Below are positions 40,368 through 54,974 of a DNA stretch of 60,715 bases, in pieces. The notes under the pieces were generated by a model. That model was given only the letters and a program-made list of their open reading frames with translations. It did not search any database and was not told where the DNA came from. Each line of letters opens with the position of its first letter. Position 1 is the first letter of the stretch. Source of the stretch: Girardia tigrina. Its lineage: Eukaryota. The DNA lies in the NCBI GenBank assembly GCA_001938485.1, contig MQRK01231964.1, forward strand, positions 1 through 60,715, in the 5' to 3' direction. Made by a program: the position numbers and the translations under genes.

Positions 40368-42368
40368 CAGTGATGACGATCCAACGGCACGCGTGCTACA
40401 AGTTGCCCGTTTGAAAGTTTTGATGGTACGCACAAAAGTAAAATTATTTATGTACACTTAATTTATAATTTATGATACAAATTTGTAATACTGAATATCT
40501 ATCTTAGTATGTTATTTTATTATTAAAAGTATATTTATATTTAGTATTATTTAGTATATATATTTAGTATTAAAAGTATTTAAGTATACATTTTATTATT
40601 AAAATATCGCATTAATTCTCTCGAAATATATAAAGATACGCATTATATATTTTTTTTGGGCTCGAGGTTAATTTACCGAAAATCAATTCACCGAAAGTCA
40701 ATCCATGTAATTTATTAAAAATTTATTAAAATCAAATTTTAGAACGATAATAAAATAAAAAAATAAAATAAAATAATCAATTCAACGAAAATAAATCCAT
40801 GGAATTTATTGAAAATTTATTAAAAACAACACCACAAATTCTTTTAATGAATAATTAGTATCCAATATTTATGTGCAACTTCACGCAAGTATTCAGAAAT
40901 GCTAACATTTTGATCCCAGCCGGCAACAAGTCTTCTCAACCTTTCTGCACTATCGCGATATTTTTTCCTTTGACGAGCAGGTTCCTGTCCTCTAATGTAT
41001 TGCTCTATGCGTACCTCGTTTAGACTGTTCTTTTTTGATACCAGAAATAAATTTCCAGATATTGGGATGGCTTGCAGATATCAGTTGTTGGAATCCTCTC
41101 TATCATCGTTCGATGTTGTTGTTGGTTTTGGGAAGCCCTTAAAGAACACCATCAAAGCAATAACACATTGCATGTGTAAACATTGGAGGACAGCGACCCT
41201 GACGATGCCATGGACGCCCAATCCACATGTTTTCGAAGTAATCGAGGACAGGCTGAGCTTCCTGAGGTAAAATATTACTCTCGCAAAGAGCATCAAATGT
41301 GACTACGACTTCTATAGTTAGAACAAAAGCCAGAGCGGGAAGCATTCGAAGCTTCAAAGCAAAATCAGCATCATTCTCGTATACTTCTTTCAAGCTACTT
41401 GCTTGTATTTTCCGCCAAATACACTGGCAAAAATGGGAAAAACAACCACGATGGATTACAAGAGGATATTCGCTGTTTACCTAGTTTTTCATTGACTTTT
41501 CGAAGTCAGTCATGATGGTCCGAGGATCAGCAGCAGGCTTTAACTTCTTCTCCTTTCTCAACAGACGGTCATACGTTTTTTTTCTTTTTACCTCCCAGCA
41601 GCGCATACACCAGAAGAACAGTGTAGTTGGCTTACATTCCATGAATGGTATATAATTGCTCAAGTAATGATGGAACGGTCTTAAAGGTGCCGTCGGCATA
41701 CCAGTGTTTGGAACATCCAAGAAACTGCAGGTTTCTTTGTGTTTTAAATATGAGTATGCAGTCGTCTTGATGACCAGAGTCGTATAGAAGAAACTCTTCT
41801 CCTCGTTCAGTAAGTTTGTACTCCATAGGAAATACAATATCACGACGAAAAATTGGGACATCTGGCTCAACATTTTCTCTTACCCGCGCATTTCTTATTG
41901 CGCGCTTCATGTTTGATACACTTGGTAATTTTGCCGCAGCATCTTGACTTGCTCCGACTGACGCGGTAGACACGATATAAGTTGGCGCATCACGCGTATT
42001 TCTTGCTGTATCTCGGATAGCCGTCATTATCTTCTTTGCTTCCGCATGAGCTGCATCTCCCACTTGATTATGTTTACCCCTCTTGTTAAGAATAATAGTA
42101 GCTTCAGTTATGACTCGCGCTCTGCATTTTACGCGTTGATATCCTTCGCAGCACCAATAAACCTTTTCCCGCACTTCTTTGTTTTTATAGTATAAAAAAG
42201 AGCAGTTTCCGCTTTTCTTTCTCACTGGTCACAAATTTCAATTCCATATCGATTAAATTATCTACCAAACTACGATATTAAAACAATTTTATTGTGGCAC
42301 GTTACTTATTTAAAAAAGTATTTTTATAACTTTGTGGCACGGTCATCAAAAAAGATTCGCCATCCCTG
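40368..42368. mobile_element. hAT (Buster-type) MITE hosting a MULE
   Basis: Ends CAGTGATGACGA / TTCGCCATCCCTG and TSD GTCTACAG / GTCTAAAG. Confidence 0.85.
40658..42247 (-). mobile_element. MULE (FLYWCH + MULE DDE) transposon, transposase pseudogene 40855-42247
   Basis: VYWCCE....CRARVIT..KHNQ, WYADGTFKTVPSLLEQLYTIHG, IMTDFE, GCFSHFCQC, LDYFENMWIG. One TIR remnant with AATTCACCGAAA repeats. Confidence 0.9.
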
Positions 42369-42492
42369 GTCTAAAGTATAAAGATATCTTAATGTAGCCG
42401 CTAGTCGTTGAATTTCGAATGTTACTTTTTAGTTACTTACAATACCACCAATCGAGTATAAAAGAAGATTACTTTACAAACTTCAAATAGAA

Positions 42493-42528
42493 GACCTGAA
42501 GATGCATGTGAAGATGAAACATGTTGTC
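42493..42528 (+). ncRNA. Hammerhead ribozyme motif, decayed stem II, in an isolated Penelope tail
   Basis: GAC CTGAAGA TGCATGTGAAGAT GAAA CATG TT GTC. Downstream AAATGGCGTTT is shared with 48821. Confidence 0.55.
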
Positions 42529-43375
42529 ACTAAAAATAAATTTTATATGGATAAATGGCGTTTTTGTTATTTATATTTAGTTACGTTTTAAGTTTTAGGA
42601 ATCTTCTCTTCTTGATAATGATTTTTTAGTTTTGTACTCTTATAACTACTAATCAACCTCAATAAAAGTTTGTATATTTTATGACTATTTATTTGACCTT
42701 AGACTATCGTATATGTTACAACTTGCTTTAATTTTTTAAATTCAAACATCTTGCAACCATGCAAATCAGATGATATTGTTTAAGTCTTTTGCGAAAGTTA
42801 GACTTACTTGATTTATATAATATTATTTTTTTTTCATTTAAAAAAATAAAAAAAATACAAATTAACTTCAAAATTTAGAAGTTTCTGGGACCCATAATTT
42901 ATTAAGTTCAGGCTGTAATTTCCGATGAGAAGGCGATAAAAAAAATTTTATTTATATTATTTATTTTATTTATGGAAATACCAAATATATTAAATGTTGA
43001 GATGGAGGATAAAGTTTACAAATAACAATAGACTGGATGAAAATAATGAAAGATGGAGAAACGTCGTGAACGCAGTTGGGGACTTCAATTAACAGTTCTC
43101 GACATAGGCTGATATGCTTAAATCATAAACTGTTCACTAATTCCCCTTCATTTAACAGCAAATTTGTCTTAATTTTAACATAATCACACTTACACTATAA
43201 TTTTTACAATTGCAATTTGTCAAAAATAAAACTGTACTTTCTCCTTCATTTAGGCTGTTTAATGAACTTAATTTGTAAAGTGTTTTACTTTTATTAGTTA
43301 TTGTTCTGCAATTTTGTTTACTAACAAAGATTATGTTTAAAAATATTTTCATTGATGGACTCATAATTCTAATAA

Positions 43376-43414
<39 letters not shown>

Positions 43415-44269
43415 AAGTAAGGCATTGCTGCACTGCGGTCTTATTCACTCCAAGCCTAGAAGATATTTCCCACTGTGACAGACCTTATCTCTGTTACCCA
43501 AAAATTGAGCCACAGTAGTAGAAATAGATTTCATAGGAGCAGTACCAGAATTTTGTGAATTCAATACCTGACCGTATCCGTGTTGTATTCAAGGATGTTC
43601 CAACTCGCTATTGCTACAATACGATTTTCTAAGTATGTATAAATGTTTTCCTGATTATTTAGACTAATAAATATTGAAGGTCAACTTCTCGTTTTTAAAA
43701 TTCAGAAAAAAAAGAACAACATTTTTAAAGAGGTTTTAAACTTTTAGCTACTACTGTGGACATTCCATTGAGACAATATACTGTTACAGTACTATATCGA
43801 AAGTCGATGTCAAATTTCGACCTCTGGTTCACTTACTAACCACAAAAAATGAATTACTAAACATTGCTCTTTGATGTAAACATAGAATGGATCAGCAACG
43901 ATTAACAGCATTATAGCAGCAATAGAACTAATCTATCAGGATCTAACCAAAGCAGACATAGCAACATTTAAATTACGCATGCGTCATCTACGCTTCACGA
44001 ATGTACTAATAATATGAAGAAAAATATAACCAAATTGTGGATAGTAGTTGACTCTTCCTCGTAAAAATAAGTATAAGAATTAGTAAATTTAGAATTAGCG
44101 CATATCCTTAAATAAGACCCCAGTCTCTAATAAGCGCATGTTACTGTAAATAATTTATTCTATAATGCCTTTCATATTACTCAGAACGGTGATAAAAATG
44201 CATGCTTATTACTGCAAAGTACTATATTGAGAATAAACAGAAATCAATAAACAGAATAAAGACAAATAA

Positions 44270-44720
44270 TCAGTAACTGTGTAGAGTAGCACCACGATTG
44301 CGAATACAAGCCTGTAGTCTAAGTGGCATGGATTCAACGAGTGCTTTACAGAGTCTGTAAATAGGCATCAATGTTCCAAATGGGCTTAATGCGTGAAATG
44401 AGTTCCTCTGTATTTGCAGTTGGCCTAAAAATTGGCCTAAAAGTTTTCTATGGGGTTCATGTTACATGAATTAGGCAGCCATTCCATGCAATAGATACCG
44501 TAGTTGTCGAGGTGCTGACATGTGTTTATAGATACGTGGCAGGGGACGTTGTCCTATTGGAAGACCCACTGCCACTGGGTAACCACAAATCAGCTGATGA
44601 TAGTAGGGCATTATCAATTATGTAGATATAAAATACTGCACAAACAAAATACTGAACAGGCAAGCACGATCATACTCAAGCAACATACTCGGAAACACAA
44701 CCGTTCTCAGTAATATGAAA
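44270..44720 (-). mobile_element. Tc1 transposase 3' remnant
   Basis: FQ*DNVPCH, MEWLPNSCNMNPIENF, LVESMPLRLQACIRNRGATLH. Confidence 0.8.
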
Positions 44721-44842
44721 CGCATTGTAAAAAGTAGCAGTAAAACAGGTAAAAGCCATCAATAAAAATAGTATTTACACTATTTGATCAATGAATATCA
44801 TAATACACCAAAGAAATTCGAATGTAACAAATACAAACTTAC

Positions 44843-45896
44843 CAAATGCTTCTTGGATGTGAGATTTGGAAATGTGTTTTGAGATTCTTTTATTTTCAGA
44901 AATAGAGATATTTTGCATTTGTGATTTATGGGAAGTATTTCTACTGCTGTGCAATGGTGCTGCCGGAGTTAAAGTGGAATTTTTTAATGTATTTATTGAA
45001 TATAACCTAGTCGTGGAATGATTCGAATTTTGTAAAATAGATCTAACCACCGGATTTTTCATATTTTCTACTGGATTTGATATGTTATTGGCAGATTTTG
45101 AGTTTTTGATAGATGAAACTTTCACACATTTCGATGACGACTTAAGAATAGACGACTTCATGAGACTGCGTTTCGGTGATTTAAGTTTAGGAGAAACAAC
45201 TGGTTTATGAGAAATGCTTTTAGATTTAGTGTTTTGTTTCGAGTTTGTTTTATATATTGTACAATTTGTAAGGAAATAATAAGATGGGGCTGGTATTAAT
45301 GGAGGCGGTCGAGGAGATTTTGGAAAGTTTTGTAATAAAATTGTTTTGATTGATGATGATGGAACGAATGGAGGCGCGGGTTTTAATTTAGGTATGTCCA
45401 CCAATAAATGTTCTACAGTTGATAAAGGAATACATGATAATTTGGGGGAAGGATCAAATCCTACAGATGTAATCATACAATCATCCTCTTCTCTTTTTTC
45501 ATTTATTTCATCGTGGTCTTTCTCTGATTGATTATCTTGATTTTTTTCGAGGATTAAAGGCATTTGGTATTCTTTTTCGTTGGCATTACAATCGCTGATG
45601 TTGTTGTTAGAATCGATATTATTCATAATTGTGTTAGGAGTTGTATCAAACGAATCTATATCAACCTTTGTTGGTGAATCGAGATCCATTGACTCAGGAA
45701 AACCTTGTAAACCGTTACTTGGCTGAAAGGAAACTGGTGAAAGAGTTGAGGTGGCATTTAATGAACTTTCTGCGAAGCATGATTCTTCTTTAATAGGAGA
45801 TGGACAATATTCATTTGTAGACTCGAATACATCCTTTTGAATTTCGTCAATCCTTTCCTGTCTAGAAATAAATTTAACCATATAAAGTTCGATCTT
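44843..45896 (-). CDS. Large exon of an unidentified host gene (Ser/Pro/Asn/Lys-rich, probably disordered)
   Basis: 1054-nt stop-free frame in AT-rich DNA, with acceptor TTTATAG|AAG and donor TTG|GTAAGT. No TE motifs. Confidence 0.7.
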
Positions 45897-47139
45897 CTAT
45901 AAATGTATTAATTTTCTAAATACATTACTACATTGAAGAAAAAGATCATACAATGTGTACAGGTTTTGTTTAAAGAATCTCAATATATTATCGTACAATT
46001 ACAAACTTTTCTTTACTTAATTTTGCCTATAATCGTCCTTCAGTCTACTCTTAGACTTAAACGTTTACTTCCAGTTCAGTGAATACTTTAGTAGTCAAAA
46101 CAGTTTTTTGAACATTTTTGGACTAAGAATCGAAATAAAATATGACGGAAATCAGAGTCTTAACATAGACAACTTTTATTTCTGGTTAAAATTGAGCCTC
46201 CAAATACAAAGCTAAAAATCTTACATTATATAGATTCACTCTGTCAAATTTAATATTGCTCATCTTACTATTGTAGATCTTATATTATCAAAATGTTCAA
46301 TTTCGATGAAGTATTCGAATGCAGTTTTTACCCTGACGGTCATGCCAACAACTGAGATTCAGAAACCTGGGTAATTTTTTAGTACCGGTCCCGAACGGGA
46401 CAGATGAGATTCTGGATATAAAATTTTTTTGGAAAATAGAATGAAGAAAGAGAATAAAACGACTGAAGGCAACGTCCTAGCAGTAATAGTAATGATCATT
46501 GATTGATGAATAACTTTTGTGATCTAAATTGAATTGCAGACTTTGGAGAAGAGTGACCATAGGAATATTTGTTAGACTCGTATTATCACTAGGTAACGAT
46601 GCTATTAGTAAACGATGCTATTAGACTGAACACCATTAGATTTTTAGGTGATCTGAATGGAAAAAAATCGAAAGAAAGTTATTGAAAACTACTAATACAA
46701 TATTCAACAGAGGAGAATTAGAAATTCCGAATAAAAATTTACTCAAATAATGATATGGAGATTGTATTCAAAACGAAATACTTATATATGTGATTTCTAA
46801 TCAAATGAATGTATTTAGTTTGCTTAAAAACCATATTTGGTTATAAAAAGTAATTAAGGTATTCATGATTTTTATGATTGAAAGAATTCAAACATTGTTT
46901 GGATTTATTTTTTAAACAGCTTTTCCTATATGTAGTCAATATTTCACTAAAGAACTTCTTTTTCACATATATAAATTCTGTATTTTGTCCCATAGTGTAT
47001 AAGTAATCTGCAATCAATATTTAATATGAATTTTAATGAATATGGGGTGAAAATTGATAAAAAACTAATTTTAAATTTAGTCAAGTTAAGTTCTTGAGTA
47101 CTGGTTATATTTTATTAGGAGACCCTTAACTATTTAAAA

Positions 47140-47360
47140 ATTTGAGTTTTCTGTTCTACAAGAGGATTTCGATCAACAGCACGAGTGGCGATTCCGTGAA
47201 TCTCTATTGATGAGGCACTACAACCAATTAATTAGTATTCAACATGAACAAAGTAAAATATTTAATAAAATAAAAATTGACATTATAAACCAATAATTTT
47301 TAAATTTATTATATGTTTTCTTATTATTTTACCATTTTTGTCTTAGATTTTAATTTTTCC
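47140..47360 (+). mobile_element. Penelope 3' remnant
   Basis: EFSVLQEDF...RFRESLLMRHYNQLISIQHEQSK. A homologous inverted copy lies at 50760-50950. Confidence 0.65.
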
Positions 47361-47789
47361 TTCATCATGTATACGAAAATTATATATAAAACATTAAGTA
47401 TAAATTATTTTAATATAATATTATTTATTTAATATTTTAACAATACAAAGAACTGCAAAGAATGTAAAGGAACAACAGAATAGAAAATAAACCATTATTT
47501 TTTAAATTTTATTTCAACTACAATTTTAGCAGGAATTGTCTTTGTACTGTATTGTATCTACCTGGTTAGTTAAATACAATTCAAGACATTATTGACAAAA
47601 GACAACTAAGGTAACTGAATAATAACAATACTTCGACCGTGTATTTCGGTTTGGGTTTCGTTTTGTTTTAATTAATTTTCTAAACGAAAATTGGCTTTCG
47701 CAAAACAGTTTCATAATTATTAGATTGTTTAAAAAAATAATGTCGTTTTTTTAACCTTAATCTTTAAAGACAGATATCTCAGCGCAGAA

Positions 47790-48075
47790 TCGACTTTATT
47801 AATCGAAATAAAATCCGTTAGCATCAATACACTTGCCAACGTTGCACAAGTTTATTTATTCCGGTTGTATAAAATTCATGCTTTCTGGAGGCGATGAAAT
47901 CGTTTGAAGGCAGTTTTAGCATGCCCTTGATTTTTGAAGTATTTCTCCTGGAGGAAAATATCAAGATGTTTTAAAAAGTGATAATCAGTAGGCGAGAGGT
48001 AAGGTGAGTATAGCGGATGACTCAAAGTTTCGTAGCCAAGTTCGTTCAACAGTTGCATTGTCAGACGTGCGATGT
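47790..48075 (-). mobile_element. mariner (cecropia-like) 3' fragment
   Basis: LNELGYETLSHPLYSPYLSPTDYHFLKHLD. Confidence 0.85.
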
Positions 48076-48336
48076 ATGGCCGATCCATGCAACACTTCTT
48101 GAAAGGCCGCCAATTCGAAGCATTCGGTGAAGTTGAAAAAGCATGTCAAGAGTTCTTCAAATCGAAGCAGGCGGAATGGTACTTTGACCAGATCCGAAGG
48201 CTTGCAGACCGTTGGCAGAAAGTAGTCGAAAACTATGGACTGTACTTTGAAGATTGAGTGTTATTTATTTAAAATAAATTCTTGCACAAAAAATTGTATT
48301 TTTCATTCTTGACCGGGAACTTTTAGGACAACCTAA
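48076..48336 (+). mobile_element. Second mariner 3' fragment with right TIR
   Basis: RSMQHFLKGRQF...LADRWQKVVENYGLYFED, then GGAACTTTTAGGACAACCTAA|TA. Confidence 0.85.
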
Positions 48337-48384
48337 TAGTAGTACATTTGTTGACTAATAATATGTTATATTCTAAACGCTAAG

Positions 48385-48860
48385 TGTTCCAGTGACAAGA
48401 TTAAAATTTAAATGTCACAAGTGTGAATCCTTGTACATTGGAGAAACAAATCGTCATCTCCGCACTAGAATAGCTGAACACACCCAATTGAGTAGAAATA
48501 GCTCGATTCTAGATCACATTAAAAAATGCAGAAATAGAGANAAAGTTAACTATGAAACTGAATTTACAGTTTTGAAGAAAAATTTTGACACATATCATGA
48601 GAGGATAGTCACTGAGGCATTATTAATAAAGCATTTAAAACCATGCTTAAATGTTCAAAGTGAATTATCCAAGCATATTAAAATATTTTAATATTAATTA
48701 AAAAAAAGATTAATTGCGTAATAGTCAATGTGCCATATAAATGACTTGTAATTTGAAATTTACTTCACAACTGATGATGCCGTAATGGAGAAACATGTTT
48801 TGACAAATAAAAAACTTTTTAAATGGCGTTTGTTCTTCATTTTCTTTACAAATAAATTGC
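48385..48860 (+). mobile_element. Penelope-like element 3' part (GIY-YIG)
   Basis: FKCHKCESLYIGETNRHLRTRIAEH...EALLIKHLKPCLNVQ. Confidence 0.92.
48768..48802 (+). ncRNA. Minimal hammerhead ribozyme motif
   Basis: CAA CTGATGA T GCC GTAAT GGA GAAA CATG TT TTG. Confidence 0.7.
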
Positions 48861-49199
48861 CATATATATATATATATATCCTATAATCTTGTTATTGTGG
48901 TCTGCATCCCTACAGGACATTAACGCATATTTATCTGCACAACAAACGATTTCTTATACTCTGAATTCATTGGTCAGTGGAAACGTTTAATATGAGGAAT
49001 AAGCTTTTCAAATATCCTGGTATTACAATAATATAAAAGACCAAGTATACTATTGCAATCTAAAATGATTATTTATTGTATAATTAATCTATTATAAAAA
49101 TGGCCTTGATTGATTTTAAAAAAAATTTGTCTAAAATCATTCAAATCAATCGATAAATCTTTGCTAAGACATAATTAGACCAATAGAAGTTTGTTTTTT

Positions 49200-50000
49200 A
49201 ATCACAAAATCGAATTTATGTACAAATGAAGTTTCTATATATGACCCATGACGCTCTACACATTTTTAACGACACTAAAATTTTCAGAAATGCAATTTCG
49301 AAAAAAATTGAGTTTACTACTTGAAGAATTATTTGCAATTTAAACGCTTCTTTTTAAATCAGAAAAGGTAGTAGTCACTGAACACGAGATCAGAAATATA
49401 AAGAGGATATTGAAGAAGCGTCAAATTAGTCTCAACAATTCTGATCTTGAAAATATCCTCCGAGAACTGATTCATCTTGAGAAACCACGCCGGCGTCTGT
49501 GTCTACCTTCTCCTCCTCGTTTTACTTTTCATACAAGTTTTTTTTGTAATATTTAGCATTAATCTGAACTGATTTGACATAGAAGTTCAAGTGTTCCACA
49601 TTCCTGTTGTCTTGAAAAATGGTTATTTTTATTTAACAAAACCATTTTTATACTCATGAATATAATTGCTAAGTACAGTTTTAGTGCTTGTAAAATATTC
49701 CAAACAACTTGCCATATTCTGCTTCTTAGTATCGCTATTGGTTTCATAATTGATTTCACGATTTCCATCAATCCCAAAATTTCCCCACATCAAAAGCCTT
49801 AAGTCGAGCATACGATGCTGTGATCCACGTAAACATGTTTTTAAAATTTATCAAGCTTATTGTCAAAACACTTTTGTGGTCACCTTTTCTGTCGTCATCA
49901 CAAAACTGATGTGTGACTATTTTTGAATACATTCACACAGTTCTTAGGCGATAAAATTGAGCACAGGCAGGCTAAAAGAACTTGTAAATTTCAAAGCTGA
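49200..50000 (-). mobile_element. Ancient mariner remnant
   Basis: LLQYPLYISDLVFSDYYLF (decayed HPPYSPDLAPSDYYLF). Confidence 0.6.
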
Positions 50001-50709
50001 TTTTTTTACAAAACTAACAATTATCATGCACATATTTGTTAAAGTGAAATCATACCTGATCATTTTTAATAATTAAAAATGGTCATCTTTCACGCATATA
50101 ACCCGTGGATCATATGTGATTTTATAGACGTCACACGCCACTCACAGGGCATAAAAATGGGTGGGGTATACTAAAAATATTTTACACGAGAAAAACTAAA
50201 ATTTCACGATGATAACTAACGGATAATGTGTGATTTACTTGCATACTAAAAAGTTATTTTTTCTCAATCTATTAGATAAGGACAAATTTAATGATTCATG
50301 TATCTCAAAACATTGAAAGACACATCCATCCACTTAGGTGATCATATGGTTGTCAGATTTGGCGTTACTCATGCCATATACGAACTGTATATGTATACAT
50401 ATAAATAATGATAAAATACAGAAGGAGAATTCTTAAAATAAAACGTCAACTACTTCAGTAAAGATTCAACATAAGATTCAAATGTCTCACTTACACATTA
50501 CATCCTTGTTTGTCATCTGACAATTTGTGCTAAACCTTCATCTTAATCTTTCAATTTTTTAACAATAGTTTATTAATCACTAATTTTGTTCATTGTAACG
50601 TTGTTTGGTTCTTGAAGGTCAATCGTATTATAAATGATCACAGATATTAAATTAGATTAAGAGTTTTAACATTATTCATGAACAACTTAAACGTTTTTGA
50701 TAATATGAT

Positions 50710-50950
50710 CATAATAAATGTTTTGAAGTTCTCTTAAATCATCATCACCAATTATAAATACATACCAATTAACTAAAATATAAGATAAAATGGTAAAATA
50801 ATAATAAAAATACAACAAATGTAAATATTATTGGTTAATAATGACAATTTACCTTTATTAAAGATTTTAGGTATTGATGAGGTCAAACTTTGCTCATGTT
50901 GAATTTTAATTAATCGCTGGTTGTAGTGTCTTATCAATTATGATTCACAA
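50710..50950 (-). mobile_element. Penelope 3' remnant with a dead hammerhead
   Basis: Homologous to 47200-47350. Motif AATTG GTGATGA TGA...TC AAAA CATTT. Confidence 0.6.
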
Positions 50951-52339
50951 GATTTACTTTTGCAATACCACCAGTGCTCAAGAACTCGTGGTTAAAAATT
51001 AGTACTATTTCGAGAGACAAAATCGTTGTCTGAAAACCCGGATATGTGAGCATTCACAATCGAATTAATTGAGTAACGTTATTCGCTCCTGGTTGTGTTG
51101 TAAGAGAAGAACCTCATCCATTTTTAAAATTAATTTTTTTGTTCAAAAAAGGTTTGACGCAACATAAAATATATGTACAGTGTTCTTATCTTTTATCTAG
51201 TCATAAAAATCACAATCACAAAACATAAATATTTAATTAAATCTTAATATTCAAAATAATTTAAAAGGTTTTACAGATTATTAATAATATTCATGAAAAA
51301 CATGTAATAAATAATAAATGAAAAATAATGACTCTTGTTCTTTCAAGTACTTCATAATATATTAATTTTATATTAAAAGTGTGAAGGACAGGCTCACTCT
51401 TAAAATTTTTGAAACAATTAATTTTTATAAAGAATTTTCTAAAATAAGGGAATATTTAAAATCAAAAGTTTTCTAAGCAATTATAATGTAAAAATATATC
51501 TTAATTAATTTTAAAAATTTATTTTCGGAAATAATCGAAATTTAATTGTAGAGTAAAAACTTAGAATGAAATTAATTGGGAAATAATGGATTATTAAATT
51601 ATTGATTTAAAAGAAATATATAAAGACAAAGATAATTGTATTTGTACTAATTTTAAAAGTTATTCTAAAAAATAAAAGAATGAACTTTGTTGCCAGAGAT
51701 GTAAATAAAAAAAACAGATAATTTTAAATTTTAAAGTCAGTTTGAAATTCTGCAAATTAAAGATTTGACAAATACTTAATTCTAAACAGTTTCGTAAAAA
51801 AATTAATTAAGAATTTTATCATTAACGTTTCGTAATAATAATAAAAATTTGTAAATTACTGTAAAATACTGTAAATTATTTTTTGTATTTAAAATAATTT
51901 TAGGTGATAAAAAAATTTAAACTGAAATATTGATAATAAATAAGACGTTAAAATCTTTTATTAATTAAAAAAACGTTTTCATAAAAGAAAATGACATTAA
52001 ACTAATTTTATATAATTCTAAAATAATAAAAATCATTTTGTTAATTTAGTAAAAATATGACTACAATAAATTATGTTGGTTTTAAATTAAATTAAATTGC
52101 AAAATAGTGGAATGTAAATTTTCAAAATAAAGAGAATAAAAATTTTCAATTTTAAAATAGCTTATCAGTATTTATAATTCTATATTTTTATATAAAAATC
52201 GGGTCATAAAGAAAACAAAGAAAAGTTCCTCGACAAAAAATTGTTTGAATAATTGTTATTTGTGATAGAAATAAAATTTGGTGTTAATGAGTTATAATTT
52301 TGATAAAGAAACCAACAAAAAGTAAATGAGCCAATAAAA

Positions 52340-52480
52340 ATAAATTTTGTAATAATTAATTTCGATGGTTTAACCGCCATCAACAGAAAAAGTTTTGAAA
52401 ACAAAAAGTTACATATGAAGTGCAGTTAGTAGGTTTGTAATTAATACGTCATCAGTACATGATTTAAAAAACGACAAATA
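52340..52480 (-). mobile_element. Penelope 3' tail with a decayed hammerhead
   Basis: Homologous to 22950-23070. Motif CTGTTGA TGGCGG TTAAA CCATC GAAA TTAAT. Confidence 0.65.
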
Positions 52481-52619
52481 AAATTTTAGAGTGATGTTTT
52501 TTTTAATAAATACTTACTGATATTATAGATGAATTTGTTTGATATTTTACGATAATCTAAATACAAATCTAAAAATAATTTGAAAAAATCAAAAAAAATT
52601 TAAATAATAAAAATTTTAT

Positions 52620-54240
52620 TTGCATTCAAAAATTTCCTTTCATTCATTCTAACCAATTATATAAATCCTGAAATTTTTTAATGGGAAAACTATTTCATAA
52701 TGATAAAATTTTATTCTTCAGATCAATTCTATTTTCAGGACATTTTTTCCTAATTCCTTTTTCATAATTGCCAAAACATTCTCTATAGGACATAGATTTG
52801 AGCTTCTTGAAGGTCATTTCCAGTAGGAAATATTATTTGTCATCATTTAAGTTTTTGCAAACTTAGACATATGATAATATGCTCCATCTTGTCAAAAATG
52901 TAAATTTGCATTGTCAAAATATTGTGAAATAGATGGATGAGACTTTCCGTTAATATCTAGGTATACTTTGTAGATTTCATTATGTCCTATATAAAATGAA
53001 GACAGTCAAGTTTGCTTTGCTTATTATTAAGAACACCAATTTGATTTTTTATATTTTTATTTAAACAACAATTTTGATTGTCCTCAAGACAATGTTTGTC
53101 AAAACTTTCGTACATTTGCATTCAAAGCGACATTTATTAATGGTTTTAATTCTCATTATTTTTTTAGAAAATGGGGAAATAAATATTTAAATAAAATATT
53201 CACTCAACACTTATTGGATAATAATTAAAATGATAATTAATTTTTTAAAAAATATTAATTTGATTTATTTATTAAATATTATAAAAATTAATTAACTTAT
53301 TTAAAATTTTAAAATTATATGAAATTAAAAATAAATTTAAACATTACATATTTTTAGATAATAAGAATTAAAATATTAATCATCCATCTGGGTAGGAGAG
53401 ACACATTTCCAAATCAACATACACATTCAAACACAAAACATCAAACATTCAAAAATTCCTTACACTTATCATACAACCAAAATTCATTACACTCTCTATA
53501 AATTTCAGAGTTCGGTTTAAATAGTCTGATAATACCAATGAGGTACTAAGTCTTTCCATTTTCCACCGATTTTCCATTTCGGCTCATAGACAATTCAAAA
53601 CCAGAATCATTTGAAAAAAATAACTTTATTCCAAGCATTTCGGCTCCATTTACTATGATTCCAGTTTACTATTGGTCCAGTCAAGTCTCTTTCATAGGTT
53701 TCAGAAAGGGTTTTTCAGTGTAATAAAATGTTTATATTTCATTAAGAAAATCTGACCTTGCAGAATGATTAATATAATTCATGTATTCTACATGTAGATG
53801 GATAAGAACAAAATCCTGTTTGCATACTTCATTTCTCGTTCATTTTTAGTTGATAATAGTAGCACGACAATAAACACCTCTTCAAACACCTGTTATCAGT
53901 AGGCAAAGTCCACTTTGGTCGTCCAGATTTCTTTGGCGAAGAGTAATTCTGTCAACATTTAGCTTTTTTAATGTTATCAAACACCTTCGATTTACTTTTA
54001 TCTAAAATTTGTGAAATTTCTCTTACTGATTTTCTTTTAACATGAATGGTAAATATGTTCTCATGCATTTCAGTATCCCTCTTTTCCACGAACCATATTT
54101 CTCAAAAAACGTAAATTTAATTGACTCAAATATTTAAACAATAATAACTACATGTATTTTTACTAATAAATTATATTTAGTTTAAAATAATTCATTGCCC
54201 ACATTTATATTATAATTTTTATTAAGTGTCCGAAATCTTG
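52620..54240 (-). mobile_element. Decayed Tc1 element
   Basis: MVRGKE..., KSVREISQIL..SKSKV, KKSGRPK, VIFFNDS, and the FPTGNDLQEAQ/PIENVL region. Confidence 0.7.
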
Positions 54241-54974
54241 TGATTCGAAAATCATATTTCCGAATTCATTTGAATTAGAGAACAAATTTTTAAATGTAAA
54301 TAGAGTTTTTATTATTTAAATTTTGATTTGATTTCTTCAAATTATTTTAGAATTATATTTAGATTTTCTTCAAAGATCAAATTAATTCATATATAATACC
54401 AACAAGTATTTTTAATTATAATTAAAATTTTTAAGAAAAATTATTTTACGAGTCCGAATATATATGAATATGGATATTATATAGTTTTACAAGAGTTAAT
54501 CTTTTTCAAATAATTCTAAAATTTTTAACTTTTGAGACTTATGTTTGACAATGATTTTTATTTACAGTAATATTACTTCCGCCATTATTACAACTATGGT
54601 GCCGGATTCTCTTTTGTAGCCCAATAACTATTTATTTGTCAACTTGCCAAATTTATTCAATGTTAATGTAATATTATAACTGTAGAGAACAAATTTGGTA
54701 GAGAATTTTACCTCTTATCTTAATTACAGTTTTGCAAAAAAATGTTCTTTTAATATTCAAGCAAACGCTATTGTGTATTTTTCTTTTGAAAAAAAGAAAA
54801 AGATTTGTACCAAAGATAAAAGGAACAATAATATATACGTGATAGATTTCTATTGGATAATTTTGTGTTTACATTACATTTTTATTGGATTATTATTTCA
54901 ATTTCTTTTTAGAAATAATAAAATACATAAATTGTTTCAATAATTTAATTTAATAGAATAATGTTTATCTTATT

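Noticed and set aside
47622-47652. ACCG-loop-CGGTC-GAA hairpin on the - strand
   Set aside because: It lacks the CUGANGA box and is at most a truncated remnant.
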